From contig NW_027266330.1 in the NCBI RefSeq assembly GCF_022045235.1, positions 22,196,001 through 22,260,000 on the forward strand: a stretch of 64,000 bases of DNA, in the 5' to 3' direction. The translations under genes were made by a program, and so were the position numbers. The notes below the pieces were generated by a model. That model had not been told where the DNA came from and searched no databases. It saw only the letters and a program-made list of their open reading frames with translations. This document shows, piece by piece, positions 63,041 through 64,000 of the stretch; the first letter of the stretch is position 1, and the number at the start of each line of letters is the position of its first letter. The stretch comes from Haliotis cracherodii. Its lineage: Eukaryota.

Positions 63041-64000
63041 ATCGTACAACATTTCAAATTACCTCTTCTCTACACTTGCACTGATCCTCCATGCGCTGAT
63101 TGATATCAGCTACGGCAGGTGGTAAAATATCGCTGGTATAATCAAGTGTCGCCGTGTCGCTCTGACTTATAGTGAATCGCACATCGGTGAAGAGTTCTGT
63201 CCTTTATCTATGACAGGATTTTATGATCTCGGGATATAAAAAAATCTCTGATTCACCCTGTTTATGATCCTAGTTCAGCCAGTTGTGATAAGTGATCGTG
63301 GTTTTCATCAAAGGGACAGGGTATCTGACTGCCGTTATACTGATTGTCCTTTAAGCTTGATTCAAAACTAACATAAACCGACTCCGTGGTCTTGTGGTAG
63401 GGTGTCTGCCCGGGGCGTATCCTTGCCAACCGGCGACATCCTTTAAAGCCCCACCCTGACTATAAATAGCCAGCAAGGTGTCGATGTTTCAGTTGCGAAC
63501 AATGACTGACAATGTAAACACAACCGAGTGTCGGGAGAAGTTTTTTGAAAACCATACGGGAACCAGGTCACTATTGACCGTCAAACTTCGTAACAGCTTG
63601 AATGACAAACCATGGATACAACAAATGGCTCCATACCAAGATATAAGTCAATAGAGTTTCTGTAGTTTTATCATGAAAAATTGAATCGATCGTGTTTGGC
63701 GTCTTCATCAATTACAGTGGGCGGAGCTTATTTACGGTTGCGCTATAAATAGCCAAGCACATGGTCATGTGTACATGTCTCACGTTCATTGTGGTCGAAA
63801 TTGTGTTGTTTATGTTTATTTTTACGGTAGAACAGCAGCAGAACGTCAGTTTCGGTTAATGTAACAGTAACGATACTTAAATACGAAATTGACGACACGA
63901 TTCTTTCAGTTCAATCCGACAATTACAGATATTTGTTTAGTTTTGGTCATTTGCATTCAATAGTTAGATCGGTGCCACACAATAATCAGATTATATTTAT

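Noticed and set aside
1-64000. CRISPR array or prokaryotic defence operon
   Set aside because: No regularly spaced repeats; the genes have spliceosomal introns in a eukaryotic repeat context.

Overview
AT-rich, intron-containing animal genomic DNA. The repeat landscape (tRNA-derived SINEs with (ACTC)n/(CAAC)n tails, Helentron-type HINE, Penelope remnants) suggests a mollusc, possibly a gastropod; this is inference. The core is a ~13 kb two-gene cassette duplicated in inverted, tail-to-tail orientation (about 18240-31220 on +, about 36610-50180 on -). Gene A encodes a stand-alone Schlafen/AlbA_2-type nuclease domain with a small Cys/His exon. Gene B has six phase-consistent exons encoding ~1400 aa: Schlafen linker domain, degenerate truncated Schlafen helicase start, intact STAND-like P-loop NTPase and ankyrin repeats. 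Together they look like a split Schlafen coupled to an NLR-like sensor. Decayed TRIM-type pieces flank the locus (RING/B-box near 5 kb, SPRY-like exon near 57 kb). Also present: a young internally deleted Ty3/gypsy LTR element (764-bp LTRs, ACAC TSD) that lost gag-pol but kept a spliceable F-like env; Tc1, piggyBac and pogo elements; Penelope remnants with minimal U3-A8 hammerhead motifs; at least four SINE families; two assembly gaps. Domain calls come from motif recognition by eye, not database searches.
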